DNA of 25,475 nucleotides from Oligoflexales bacterium (GTDB lineage: Bacteria; Bdellovibrionota_B; Oligoflexia; Oligoflexales; Bog-1112), in the NCBI GenBank assembly GCA_045105515.1, contig JBGCDR010000143.1, positions 1 through 25,475 on the forward strand, in the 5' to 3' direction. Of the stretch, positions 6,824-16,204 are shown in pieces. The position numbers were made by a program, and so were the translations under genes. The notes beneath the pieces were generated by a model. It was not told where the DNA came from. It saw only the letters and a program-made list of their open reading frames with translations, and made no database searches. Each line of letters opens with the position of its first letter. Position 1 is the first letter of the stretch.

Positions 6824-7702
6824 TCAATTACCTACAGTGGAAAGGAAGCGAGAAAGTTCTTTGATAGCAGTAATCTTGCAGGGATTATGGCGCTCAAGAA
6901 ACACTCCATAAACCCCCAGTTCTTCCAATGATCTTGTGTCGAAGTTGGCGTTTATTAGTCGCTGCTTAAGCTGACTTGGTGAACCTGCATGAAAGCTAGC
7001 AAAAACACCATGATGCCCTGAAGATATAGCTTCAAGAAAACAGAAAAAGTCCGCCCCTCTCAATTCTCCCAGCACCATACGGTCAGGTCTAAGCCTCAGG
7101 CACTCACGAAAAAGCATCTCCATACTCAACGCACCGGAGCCATAAATACTCTCAGGTTTACTCAACAGCTTACTCCAAAGCGCTCCAAGCAAAGGCACCT
7201 CCTCAAGTTCTTCTATAATCAAAACCCGATCATTTAGGGCACAAACCTTTAAACATGCAGCTAAAAGACTAGTCTTTCCACTCCCCGTTTCTCCGCAAAA
7301 TAAAAGAGAGGTTTTATTTTCAAGCAGGGACATAAGCTCACACTTAAGTTTTTTTTCCCCAGCAAAGTCATCGATCGTCAGGTCTCCAAATCGATGTTTC
7401 CTCAATGCAAACAGAGGTCCACGAGGCGCGGCAGGCGGAATAATACAGTGCCATCGTAAGCCCTCCTCTTTTAATATTCCCCCAGCAAAAGGACGAATAG
7501 GATCAAGCCGTAGACCACATTGCAATGCAAGATTTTGACAAGCTTTGATAAAGTCTTCGCCCTTATAAAAGAAGGAAGGTACTGGAAAGTATTCATGCTT
7601 GGATTTTCTTAGAACTGCCAAACCGTGGTTCCCATTTACATAAACCTCTTCAACATCTGGTTTTGTAAAAAAACTTAAGAGATGTGAAAGCATTTTCTTC
7701 AC
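6824..7702 (-). CDS. Short CpaF/TadA/VirB11-family secretion ATPase
   Basis: VEEVYVNG, Walker A GETGSGKT, Asp-box-like IIEELEE, LRLRPDRMVLGELRG (Walker B), His box GHHGVFASFHA. Likely GTG start at 7702 (GGGAG 6 nt upstream) overlapping the dprA TGA as GTGA; the ORF track extends to 7723. Confidence 0.85.
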   Translation of the reverse strand: MKKMLSHLLSFFTKPDVEEVYVNGNHGLAVLRKSKHEYFPVPSFFYKGEDFIKACQNLALQCGLRLDPIRPFAGGILKEEGLRWHCIIPPAAPRGPLFALRKHRFGDLTIDDFAGEKKLKCELMSLLENKTSLLFCGETGSGKTSLLAACLKVCALNDRVLIIEELEEVPLLGALWSKLLSKPESIYGSGALSMEMLFRECLRLRPDRMVLGELRGADFFCFLEAISSGHHGVFASFHAGSPSQLKQRLINANFDTRSLEELGVYGVFLERHNPCKITAIKELSRFLSTVGN

Positions 7703-8688
7703 AAGAATCTCCCTGCAGAACAAGCCTCATGAAAAAATGTATACTGACTTAATAGTTCATCCACGCTGCCAAAGGAGTATGCTCCATCTACAATAAGTTC
7801 TTTGCTTCCTCCACTTCCCGCATCAAAATCCATTGATGGAGGCCGCAAGACTAAAACTTCTCTTCCCTGGTCCAGAGCTTTTCTAGCTGTAATCAGTGAT
7901 CCCGATTTTGGTGCTGCTTGCATGACCAAAAGCTCATAAGAAAGTCCACTGATAATCCTGTTTCTAATAGGAAAATCAGCTGGACGAGCAGCCTGTGCCC
8001 ACAGCCTCTCACTAATACACAGTCCTCCATGCTGTATGATCTCTCTAAACGCATGCAAATTACCCTTAGGGTAAAGATGAGCAAGTCCACCTGCAAACAC
8101 AGTGGTTGCCAAGCAGGTACCATCACTAGCAGAAAGAACTCCTAAGTGTGTCGCAATATCGCAGCCATAGGCCCCTCCGCTTACAGCATTGATACTGAAT
8201 TGTGATAGACGAATTCCTAGCTCATAACACTCTCTGAGAGTTTCAACTGTGGCTCTCCTTGATCCAATCACTGAAATACTTGGTGTCCTTAAAAGACTAA
8301 GATTTCCTAGCCCACTTAAAAGAAGTGGCGGATCAGGGATATGCGCAAGGAGCTTTGGATATATAGAATCGGTAATAAGTAAAATTTTACCGTTGTTCTC
8401 ATAAGTATCTTGAAAAAACTTTAGGGTTTCTGATGCCAAGGAGAGCCCTTGATCTTGTAAGCGACGCCTCACTTTTAAAAACTTGGGGTGCTTTGGATCT
8501 TTTAAAAAAAAATCAGCAGCATAATCAGTCCATTCTCTTAGTGACCAGCATTCAAGAGGCTTTGGAGCAAACATATCCTCGCCAGATAAGCTTTCTTCAT
8601 TGCATGTATCTAAACTGAGGTAAATACCAGTAAGCTGGCTTGCTACATGTGCAAGAGCAATAAATGGCCCCGTGGGTACTCGAATCAT
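7699..8688 (-). CDS. dprA: DNA-processing protein DprA (Smf)
   Basis: YPKLLAHIPDPP, ISVIGSR, VSGGAYGCD..TH, LYPKGN, CISE, FPIRNRIISGLS, SGSLITARKALDQGREV, LIVDGA. No obvious C-terminal winged-helix domain. Confidence 0.93.
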   Translation of the reverse strand: MIRVPTGPFIALAHVASQLTGIYLSLDTCNEESLSGEDMFAPKPLECWSLREWTDYAADFFLKDPKHPKFLKVRRRLQDQGLSLASETLKFFQDTYENNGKILLITDSIYPKLLAHIPDPPLLLSGLGNLSLLRTPSISVIGSRRATVETLRECYELGIRLSQFSINAVSGGAYGCDIATHLGVLSASDGTCLATTVFAGGLAHLYPKGNLHAFREIIQHGGLCISERLWAQAARPADFPIRNRIISGLSYELLVMQAAPKSGSLITARKALDQGREVLVLRPPSMDFDAGSGGSKELIVDGAYSFGSVDELLSQYTFFHEACSAGRFL

Positions 8689-8800
8689 TTTAAACTCCTT
8701 TCTTCACTAGGTGACAAAACTCTAAAATGCCACTTTCTGGAGTTAATCGCGAAAGACATGTACAAGCTTGCCCTAGATAGGAGAAGAAATTGTCTTTGCA

Positions 8801-8838
8801 AGCATTCGCAAAAGCATATATTGCTTGATCTGAATGCT
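8801..8838. promoter_or_regulatory. Imperfect dyad in the divergent dprA / mrfA-like intergenic region
   Basis: AGCATTC (8801-8807) ... AAGCA-TATAT-TGCTT (8812-8826) ... GAATGCT (8832-8838). Confidence 0.35.
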
Positions 8839-8932
8839 CAGCATCCATTCTCAAGTTTTTGATGCCTTACGATTGCAGGTAATTTCTAGCATGTAGTAAC
8901 AAAGTTTCGTTTTCATAAAGCTATCACAGCAA

Positions 8933-11431
8933 GTGCATAGAGGATCTTTTACCTTGGATAACCAAGACTTGAACAAGTTAACTGGATTTCTTGAGTCCCA
9001 TTTTTCCCGGGAAATAAGTACGAAGAGGGTCATCGCTCCTCGCTCAGGTGAACTAGAAGATTTCCCAAAAGCCATCCATCAAGGTCTACGGCAAGCTTTA
9101 AATAAGCTTGGAATAAACAAGTTATACAGCCATCAGCTTGAGTCTTTTGAGTCAATTAGCAGAGGCGAAGATACTGTGATTGTCTCAAGGACTGCGAGTG
9201 GCAAAACACTTTCCTACCTGCTGCCTATATTGAATCAGTATCTGCAACATCCGGAAAAACCAAGTTCATGCCTCCTCATGTTCCCTACCAAGGCTCTATC
9301 GCGAGATCAAGAGGGAGGCCTAGTTAAGGTCTTAAAAAATGCAATTCCCAACACAGCTCTCCATTTGGGAACCTTCGATGGTGACACCCCACAAGAGGAA
9401 CGTCTTAAAATCAGCCAGAGCGCAGACTTCATCCTGAGTAATCCTGATATGCTCCACGCTGGGATATTGCCTAATCATACTCGCCGATGGAAAACATTTC
9501 TGTCACGTCTGCGATTTATCGTTATAGACGAAGTTCATACTTATCGCGGTGCTTATGGCTCACACGTTGCAAATATTATTAGAAGGTTGCTGAGAGTATG
9601 TGCATTTTATGGGGCCTCTCCTCAGTTTATTTGCTCTTCGGCAACCATTGCTAATCCACGCGAGCATGTTCAACAATTATGCAACCGGCCCTTCTATGAA
9701 GTGAGTAAAGATGGGGCTCCAAGTCCATTGCGCAGCTTCTACCTAATGAACCCACCCTTAGCAAGCAATGCCCATAAGCAAGAGCTTTACCGTAAAGGGC
9801 CTGGTTCCTTGACAGTGCCCCTGCTACGCAAAGCTACCCAATTGGGCGTGCGTACCATCTGTTTTGTTAGAGCAAGGCAAGAAGGTGAACGTCTATACCA
9901 AGCTGTTTGCAATGGCTTAAGCCCCATTTATCGTTCTAAAATCAAACCCTATCGGGGGGGCCTCCTGCCGACGGAACGTCGGCAACTAGAAAGAGACCTT
10001 GCTACCGGCAAGCTAAATACTGTGATCACCACCAACGCACTCGAGCTAGGCATCGATATTGGAGATCTACAGCTTGGGGTCCTTTCTGGGCACCCAGGAA
10101 CCATAGCAAGCCTCTGGCAACAAGCTGGACGCGTTGGCAGAAGTGGACAAGAATCTGCAGTGGTTTTTGTAGCCAAGAATACCTCTACCGATCAATATAT
10201 GGTGAACCATCCAGAATTCTTAGAAGAAGCTCCGGTGGAGAACGCCTGGCTATCGCCACAAAATCCATATATATTGCTACAACATTTACCTTGCGCTGCA
10301 TACGAACGCCCTCTTAAACGTAGTGAGCCCTTACTGGCTGGTTACAACTACCAAGATGCACTAGATATCCTTGCGGAAGAAGAAACCTTGATTCCTATGG
10401 GGGAAAACTACTGCTATGGACTCGAAGATTATCCTGCCAAGGGAGTCAACATCCGTGGTATGACTGATTTCAATATCCAAATTGTATCTGAGGGCAAGGT
10501 TATCGGAGAAATTGATCCGATTGGAGCTAGAGGAACTCTGTTTAAAGATGCTATTTATCAGCATCTTGGAAAAAAATACCTATCCACTGATCTAAACCTT
10601 GACCATAAACTTTGCCAAGTCGTACCAACGAGGGTGGATTATTATACAGAAGCAGTATGGCAAAGCACGGTTAAGCATACTCAGATTGAAGCATGCACTG
10701 ACGAAAAAAATTGCAGATTATCTTTTGGGCCTGTCAACGTAAACAAGCAACCAAAACTATACAAGAAGATTCGCGAAGGAAGTCTTGAAAACATTGGGTA
10801 TGGCCCCATAACTTTAGAACCTTTTATTTATGACACCACAGGCTTCAGCCTAATTCCAGATCGAGTTTGGATCCAAGCTATGGACCAGCAAGATAAGAGG
10901 TTATTAGGGGCTGCTTTGATTGGTCTTAGTTATTGCTTTAAACAAATTGCTCCAAGCATGTGCATGAGTGACCAAAGAGATATAGATACCGATATTGCAT
11001 TGAGCACTGATTCTGAAAAACGCTGGTATAGTGCACTATACCTCTTTGACGCTATAGAAGGAGGAGTCGGTTATGCTGAAAAACTTTATGAAAACATTGA
11101 AACATTATGGACTATTTGCCTTGAAGTGACCCAATCATGCCCATGCAGCATGGGATGCCCTGCCTGCATTCCACCTTCACCACCTGGTCTGGAAGAGAAC
11201 GAAGAGATGGAACGCTTTCTAAAAGAGACCAATGCAGTGGTTGAAGCAAGTAAATCCCTTTTAAGGTTTTGTTTGAAACGAGAAATGGTTACACCGCAAA
11301 TCAAATACACCAATTTCACCGCTCCTAGTCTAAGTTCTCCCATTCCAGAGGATGCTGATATTGTGAGGCGCAAACGCATGAAACAGGCAGCATCGATTCT
11401 CAAACGAAAAAGGGATCGCATCCATTGCTAG
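8933..11431 (+). CDS. DEAD/DEAH-box helicase with C-terminal DUF1998 Zn-binding domain (MrfA/YprA/Hrq1-like)
   Basis: LYSHQ, TASGKT, FPTKALSRDQ, NPDMLH, VIDEVH.YRG.YGSH, SATIANP, YRGG, TNALELGIDIG, QQAGRVGR, LYLFDAIEGGVG, CPCSMGCPACI. Confidence 0.92.
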   Translation: MHRGSFTLDNQDLNKLTGFLESHFSREISTKRVIAPRSGELEDFPKAIHQGLRQALNKLGINKLYSHQLESFESISRGEDTVIVSRTASGKTLSYLLPILNQYLQHPEKPSSCLLMFPTKALSRDQEGGLVKVLKNAIPNTALHLGTFDGDTPQEERLKISQSADFILSNPDMLHAGILPNHTRRWKTFLSRLRFIVIDEVHTYRGAYGSHVANIIRRLLRVCAFYGASPQFICSSATIANPREHVQQLCNRPFYEVSKDGAPSPLRSFYLMNPPLASNAHKQELYRKGPGSLTVPLLRKATQLGVRTICFVRARQEGERLYQAVCNGLSPIYRSKIKPYRGGLLPTERRQLERDLATGKLNTVITTNALELGIDIGDLQLGVLSGHPGTIASLWQQAGRVGRSGQESAVVFVAKNTSTDQYMVNHPEFLEEAPVENAWLSPQNPYILLQHLPCAAYERPLKRSEPLLAGYNYQDALDILAEEETLIPMGENYCYGLEDYPAKGVNIRGMTDFNIQIVSEGKVIGEIDPIGARGTLFKDAIYQHLGKKYLSTDLNLDHKLCQVVPTRVDYYTEAVWQSTVKHTQIEACTDEKNCRLSFGPVNVNKQPKLYKKIREGSLENIGYGPITLEPFIYDTTGFSLIPDRVWIQAMDQQDKRLLGAALIGLSYCFKQIAPSMCMSDQRDIDTDIALSTDSEKRWYSALYLFDAIEGGVGYAEKLYENIETLWTICLEVTQSCPCSMGCPACIPPSPPGLEENEEMERFLKETNAVVEASKSLLRFCLKREMVTPQIKYTNFTAPSLSSPIPEDADIVRRKRMKQAASILKRKRDRIHC

Positions 11432-12243
11432 AGTATAGCTTCCTTCACTGTAAAGGTATCGCGAAAGGCACTGCACAGCGCCTACATAAAGCCGGATTCG
11501 AATCCTGGGCTCAGGCACTGGACGAGCCTGCAGGCCTACCCCTAGGCGCCAAAAGAAAGCAAAAACTTATTGCTGATTTAAGGTCGAGCCAAGATGCTCT
11601 AAAAGAGAATGATATGCACTTTTTTCTTGCTCGACTTCCGAAAGAGGAAAGATGGAGGGTTCTGGCAAAGTATTATTCCGAAGCATCATTTTTAGACATC
11701 GAAACGACGGGATTTTCGCCATATTCCTCAGATATAACCTTGATATCTGTGCTTCACCAAGGTAAAGTGCATCTTTTTGTAAAAGGACAGAACCTAAAAA
11801 AAGTCATTACTCTGCTCGGGGATATCAAGCTTTTAGTAACGTTTTGTGGTAGCAACTTTGATATTCCTTTTTTACTAGAGGCATTTCGTCTTGAAAGCTT
11901 CCCCTTTGCCCATGTGGACCTTCGTTGGCAAAGCAATTATTTGGGATGGACAGGAGGCTTAAAAAATATTGAAGTCTCGTTAGGCCTATCAAGACCAAAA
12001 GAGTATAAAGAAATGAGTGGACTTGATGCTGTAGAACTGTGGGAAGACTATTGGCAAAGCAAAAACAACAAACTTCTCAATAGATTGAAAGCATATAGCT
12101 TGCTCGATGTTTTATCACTGCAATTACTTATGCTTCACCTGCTGAAAGCAAAGAACCATGAGTTTATTTTCCCCGAACTGGAAAAGCTCAAAAATAATTT
12201 TGGGTCTTATAAATTTATCGAAGACCTTTTACATAAGAGCTAG
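11425..12243 (+). CDS. YprB/MrfB-like RNase H-fold (DEDD) exonuclease with N-terminal HhH-like segment
   Basis: KGIAKGTAQRLHKAG, ExoI FLDIETTG, ExoII VTFCGSNFDIPFL, HVDLR, GGLKNIE..LGL.R, ExoIII YSLLDV. Overlaps the helicase by 7 nt. Confidence 0.88.
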   Translation: MLEYSFLHCKGIAKGTAQRLHKAGFESWAQALDEPAGLPLGAKRKQKLIADLRSSQDALKENDMHFFLARLPKEERWRVLAKYYSEASFLDIETTGFSPYSSDITLISVLHQGKVHLFVKGQNLKKVITLLGDIKLLVTFCGSNFDIPFLLEAFRLESFPFAHVDLRWQSNYLGWTGGLKNIEVSLGLSRPKEYKEMSGLDAVELWEDYWQSKNNKLLNRLKAYSLLDVLSLQLLMLHLLKAKNHEFIFPELEKLKNNFGSYKFIEDLLHKS

Positions 12244-13019
12244 CACCTTGTATTAGCTGCTGCTCTTACCTTACGAGTTAAATATGGACAGCCTGGACCC
12301 TTAAAATAATATCGCTTGAAATTTTGACCATCAAACCCAAGAGCATTTGGCTGGTCCCAACTGCACAAACCAAGGATTTTGCCCTTATTTCCATGGTTTT
12401 CTTGATATGGTATATGAAAGTGTCCAATGATGCCATGTACGGTTTCAAGCTTTGCAAGCCATCGCTGCATATTCTGGAGGATCTTCTTATGGGGGATTTT
12501 ACTTTTACTACTTTTTGCCCGAGAGCGGATTGAAATTTTGAGGCACAACTTATCTAAGAGGCTTTGCGGGCATAGAAGCCCTGCACATCGAAACCAATAG
12601 GAGCGAGTGATTGCGAGGTAGATCTTATAATGCCAGGGCGCTCCTAAACGATCTCCATGAGTCAAACTAAGACTTAATCCAGTGCCTAGCTTTATCTGGT
12701 AGTCTCTCTTTAAGACAAATTCAACTCCTTCCCAAGCAAGTTCATCAAGGGAAAATTCATGATTTCCTTGCAAGAAAACCACCTTGATGCCTGCATTTGC
12801 AAGCCCACTTAAAGCTTCTCCAAAAGCCGCAAATTTCTTCTTAAAATAACGACTTGCACCAAAGCAAAAGTCAAAAATATCCCCAAGAAGGACAAAATAT
12901 TCTACCTTGTCCTGATCTAAATTGGCTATTAAGTCTAAGAGCATCTGCCCTCTTGAATCATACACCTCAGTAAGATGGACATCTGATACGACCACCACAC
13001 TATCTCGTATCTTTTCCAA
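12240..13019 (-). CDS. lpxH: UDP-2,3-diacylglucosamine diphosphatase (LpxH-like calcineurin-type phosphoesterase)
   Basis: SDVHL, LLGDIFD, GNHE, HGD, GHFH motifs; AGAGGG upstream of the TTG start. Confidence 0.8.
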   Translation of the reverse strand: MEKIRDSVVVVSDVHLTEVYDSRGQMLLDLIANLDQDKVEYFVLLGDIFDFCFGASRYFKKKFAAFGEALSGLANAGIKVVFLQGNHEFSLDELAWEGVEFVLKRDYQIKLGTGLSLSLTHGDRLGAPWHYKIYLAITRSYWFRCAGLLCPQSLLDKLCLKISIRSRAKSSKSKIPHKKILQNMQRWLAKLETVHGIIGHFHIPYQENHGNKGKILGLCSWDQPNALGFDGQNFKRYYFKGPGCPYLTRKVRAAANTRC

Positions 13020-13249
13020 TAAACCCTCTGTATTAAAGATCTACGAACGGAACAAAACCTAAAAATTATATCTGCATCAGAATGCAATTGCAAAGGACTT
13101 CATTCCTAAAAATCAAAGTCCAAGATAGCAGAAAATTTACTTGACTGATAGCGGTGATTTGATAAAAAGTTTCACACCTATCCAAGCTAATGACATTGAA
13201 GCTACAAAATTACTATTTTTACATTGAAAATTTTAAAAAAGGATTGAAT

Positions 13250-13567
13250 ATGTTGCTTCTTATTTACCAGGAACTTCGACTAATAAAAAAGAAAATAGAT
13301 TTATCCAAAAGCCCTAAAAAGAATGATTTAATCTCTGCCCTTGAACCAGGCAATAGTTTAAATCAAGTGGAACTCATTGGTAAAATCTACAAAATTTCAC
13401 CCTATCCAGAGGTTTCAATCAGACTGTGGGAATCAACAAGAGCCAAGCTGACTAAGCTGATTTCTCGCACACGAAAACTAGCAAATCAAAACTCTAATGG
13501 GCCTTTTAATTGGTTTCCTTATGACAAAATCAGCAAAACTTGGAGTCTATGCAAGATCAAAGATTAA
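13250..13567 (+). CDS. Small basic hypothetical protein, possibly a stand-alone winged-helix domain
   Basis: ELIGKIY...RAKLTKLISRTRK...YDKISKTWSL loosely resembles an OmpR-type wHTH. ATG 13250 has AAGGA upstream; the ORF track starts at 13190. Confidence 0.55.
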   Translation: MLLLIYQELRLIKKKIDLSKSPKKNDLISALEPGNSLNQVELIGKIYKISPYPEVSIRLWESTRAKLTKLISRTRKLANQNSNGPFNWFPYDKISKTWSLCKIKD

Positions 13568-15126
13568 GCATGTTTTTTGGGGTTTAATTTTTCTAGATCA
13601 GATATCATTGAAGGCCAGATAACTTCATCGGTTTTAAGAAGCTTATGAACGTAATCATAGCAATGATCCTGATTGTGAAAATTCTTATTTAGCATGTTGG
13701 CTAAAGACTGACCAATACCATGGCTGTACAAATAAGGATTAAATTGAGCTGAAAAAAATCGGTTTATTGGAATATTTTCTTCAAACAAGAATCTATTCCC
13801 ATATCCCAACAAATTTTTTTTTATCCAACTCTGATCCAAGAAACCAAGAGGATTAAACATAGATAGGATACTATAAAAGGATAAAGAAGCTTTAACATTT
13901 TCATAGAAAAAATCTTCACTATCATGATCTTTATTTGATTTATTTTTTAATGATAGGCATTGTGCTATTGCAGAAATCATCCCTCGCCAAGACAAGGGTT
14001 TCCAATAAATAATTTTTTTGTCAGGGAAAAAAGCTGAGTCAAAATGCTCAAACCTATAAAAAGCCCAGGTATTTTCCATTTCATGGCCTCGAAAATATTC
14101 TTTTTCAACGGCAACAACACGATTAAAATAATTACATAGAGCCTGATAAGACTCTCCTTCACCAAAATATTTCAAGAAAAAACCAAAGCATTCAAGAAAA
14201 TACTCATCCGTATCATAACAACATTGCTCTTCTCCATGTTTAGCCCAAGGATGTACACAGGTATCACATCCAGGTTGCATAAGAACATGTTCTTGCCACA
14301 CCAAGTAAGAAAGCCACTTTCCCCATGGTGGCGTATCTAATATACAATAGTTATTTTCACCAAGATAAAAACATGTGGAAGCTTTGTCATGAGCTTCCTC
14401 AAGCGATGCAAAGTAGTATTTATCGGTATTAGATAAAACAACCATCAAGTCATTTGAACTATATTTCCCTTTTGATTGTTCAACAATCTGTCTCGGCAAG
14501 TGATCTATACTTAAATGGTGCTCTCCAACGAGATATAGTAGTTTATACCCTTCATATTTTTTAACAGCCTTTAGAAGGTGTTGGGCAAATATCTTGTCTC
14601 TTTGAGATAAGGAAAAGCTCTCTCCTTTACCAACATTAATGCCAATAACCGGTAGATGATGTTTTCTTGCAAAATCAAGAATTTTCTTGATGGGTTGCCA
14701 AGGAAAACCCCAATTTCTAGCATACTCACTTACAGTCAAAAAAGATTTTTCATCGCAATCACCCAACATATAAGCATCTATATGAGCTTGATCATCAATT
14801 GAAAAACACTCAAGGGCAATGATAATTTTTTTCTGATTCTTTTTATGGTATTGATAAATTAGTAAATCTAAATAATCCTGCTGATTACTTGGAAGTGCAT
14901 GAAAATCTCCGAACAAAATAAACTGACATTTATCTACTGATTTTTTAAACTTTGCAATCTGACCATCAGAATGAGTATTTGGCAACTTGCTTAAAAAAGA
15001 ATGTTCATATTCTAAAAGTTCTTCTGGATCAGGTCCTGTAATATTGTATATGCGGCTTCTGATACGCTCATAGAGTGAATACTGTAGCGCTAACAGTCGA
15101 TCCTTTTTATTCACAGCTTGATACAT
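13564..15126 (-). CDS. ChaN/EreA-like fold protein with long C-terminal extension
   Basis: ILFGDFH, IALECF..DDQ..ID.Y, NWGFPW, ARKHHLPVIGIN, RD, LVGEHHL are typical ChaN-family motifs. No signal peptide seen. Confidence 0.75.
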   Translation of the reverse strand: MYQAVNKKDRLLALQYSLYERIRSRIYNITGPDPEELLEYEHSFLSKLPNTHSDGQIAKFKKSVDKCQFILFGDFHALPSNQQDYLDLLIYQYHKKNQKKIIIALECFSIDDQAHIDAYMLGDCDEKSFLTVSEYARNWGFPWQPIKKILDFARKHHLPVIGINVGKGESFSLSQRDKIFAQHLLKAVKKYEGYKLLYLVGEHHLSIDHLPRQIVEQSKGKYSSNDLMVVLSNTDKYYFASLEEAHDKASTCFYLGENNYCILDTPPWGKWLSYLVWQEHVLMQPGCDTCVHPWAKHGEEQCCYDTDEYFLECFGFFLKYFGEGESYQALCNYFNRVVAVEKEYFRGHEMENTWAFYRFEHFDSAFFPDKKIIYWKPLSWRGMISAIAQCLSLKNKSNKDHDSEDFFYENVKASLSFYSILSMFNPLGFLDQSWIKKNLLGYGNRFLFEENIPINRFFSAQFNPYLYSHGIGQSLANMLNKNFHNQDHCYDYVHKLLKTDEVIWPSMISDLEKLNPKKHA

Positions 15127-15207
15127 ACCTATAATATAAGAAGAGGAATCTATTCTATTCTAGCATATGATTGTGGAGGACTTGTGTGAGGTTTTTAATC
15201 AAATATT

Positions 15208-16203
15208 TTATTTTGGTAGGTAAATACTGCCTAGTTGCCCCTCTTTGTCTTTGGGTTCACCTAAAATCACATAGCTGCACTTCAATCCATCAATACTTGT
15301 AAACCAATTGAAGCTCTTAAGTCTAGCAAGCTGCTCCGAACAGTGTTCTCTAATTTTTACCGTCGAAAGCTCTTTTTTTATCTCAAATCTCAATAGAACA
15401 CCTACCCCAGAGGCGGCGAATACACTATCAGCAGTGAGAATAGTTTGCCTAGGAAAAAGATTCCTAAGCTTAGTAAGCCACTCTTCTTTTCTAAGGTTTT
15501 CTTTAATGTACTGATCTAATTCCAATCGTTTCTTTATTTGAAAGTGAGGATTTCCTTCTAATAACTTTTGAGCAACACTGAATTTAATATACGCAGGAAT
15601 ATCTAGTTTATTCACAATGTCTTCATTGCCACTTTTTATCCAACTGACATAATCTTTTTCCATATGTGTCCATTTATGAAAATGAAAGAATCCAAAGTTC
15701 CACTTCCCGTTGTCTTTGACTATAGTTAGAAAAACACGCCCCAATTCTTTCTTTCCCAAGGCACTAAACCAAGCAACATAGTGCTGCTTATATCCATAAT
15801 GGGGGTTAACTTTATAAGCTTCATCCTCATCACAAAGTAAACCCTCGATATCTTCATTTGGATTATTAATTTCCCACAGGCGGAACAAAGAAACTTCTAG
15901 TGGAGAACCTAAAACCCATTTTATTCTTTGGATGACCTTATCAAGGTCACCTAGCTTAGTGTTTAATTTCGGATGAAAATGAGGAAGCAAAGAACGAGTG
16001 GATAAATTCTGGAGGTATTGTTCTGTGTCTGCAAGAAAGGCAAAAATGCTTCCATCATCTTTGTCACGATAGCCATCAAGGTTAAGGACTTTGTGACGCT
16101 TGCAGATCAGTTCTTGTTTTTTATCAGCGAATCCTTGAGCATATGCACTAAACATCATGCCAAGCCCACAAAATAAGCTTAAGAGCCACCTGCAGTATAG
16201 CAT
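15208..16203 (-). CDS. Exported hypothetical protein
   Basis: Long ORF. ATG 16203 lies 1 nt after the upstream stop and gives a signal-peptide-like MLYCRWLLSLFCGLGMMFSAYA|Q, removing the 77-nt overlap implied by the 16281 start. Confidence 0.7.
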   Translation of the reverse strand: MLYCRWLLSLFCGLGMMFSAYAQGFADKKQELICKRHKVLNLDGYRDKDDGSIFAFLADTEQYLQNLSTRSLLPHFHPKLNTKLGDLDKVIQRIKWVLGSPLEVSLFRLWEINNPNEDIEGLLCDEDEAYKVNPHYGYKQHYVAWFSALGKKELGRVFLTIVKDNGKWNFGFFHFHKWTHMEKDYVSWIKSGNEDIVNKLDIPAYIKFSVAQKLLEGNPHFQIKKRLELDQYIKENLRKEEWLTKLRNLFPRQTILTADSVFAASGVGVLLRFEIKKELSTVKIREHCSEQLARLKSFNWFTSIDGLKCSYVILGEPKDKEGQLGSIYLPK

Positions 16204-16204
16204 A

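Noticed and set aside
6824..7723. Conjugative element/T4SS based on the VirB11-like ATPase
   Set aside because: No VirB4, coupling protein, relaxase or other T4SS genes in the window.
2670..12243. DISARM/Druantia/BREX-type defence island (SNF2-like plus DUF1998 helicases)
   Set aside because: No methyltransferase, PLD nuclease or PglZ; the DUF1998 helicase pairs with a YprB-like exonuclease as in MrfAB, and the other helicase has a signal peptide and is separated by core genes.
14251..14268. CDTCVH as a covalent heme c site
   Set aside because: Pattern is CxxCxH, not CxxCH, and the protein lacks an export signal needed for cytochrome c maturation.
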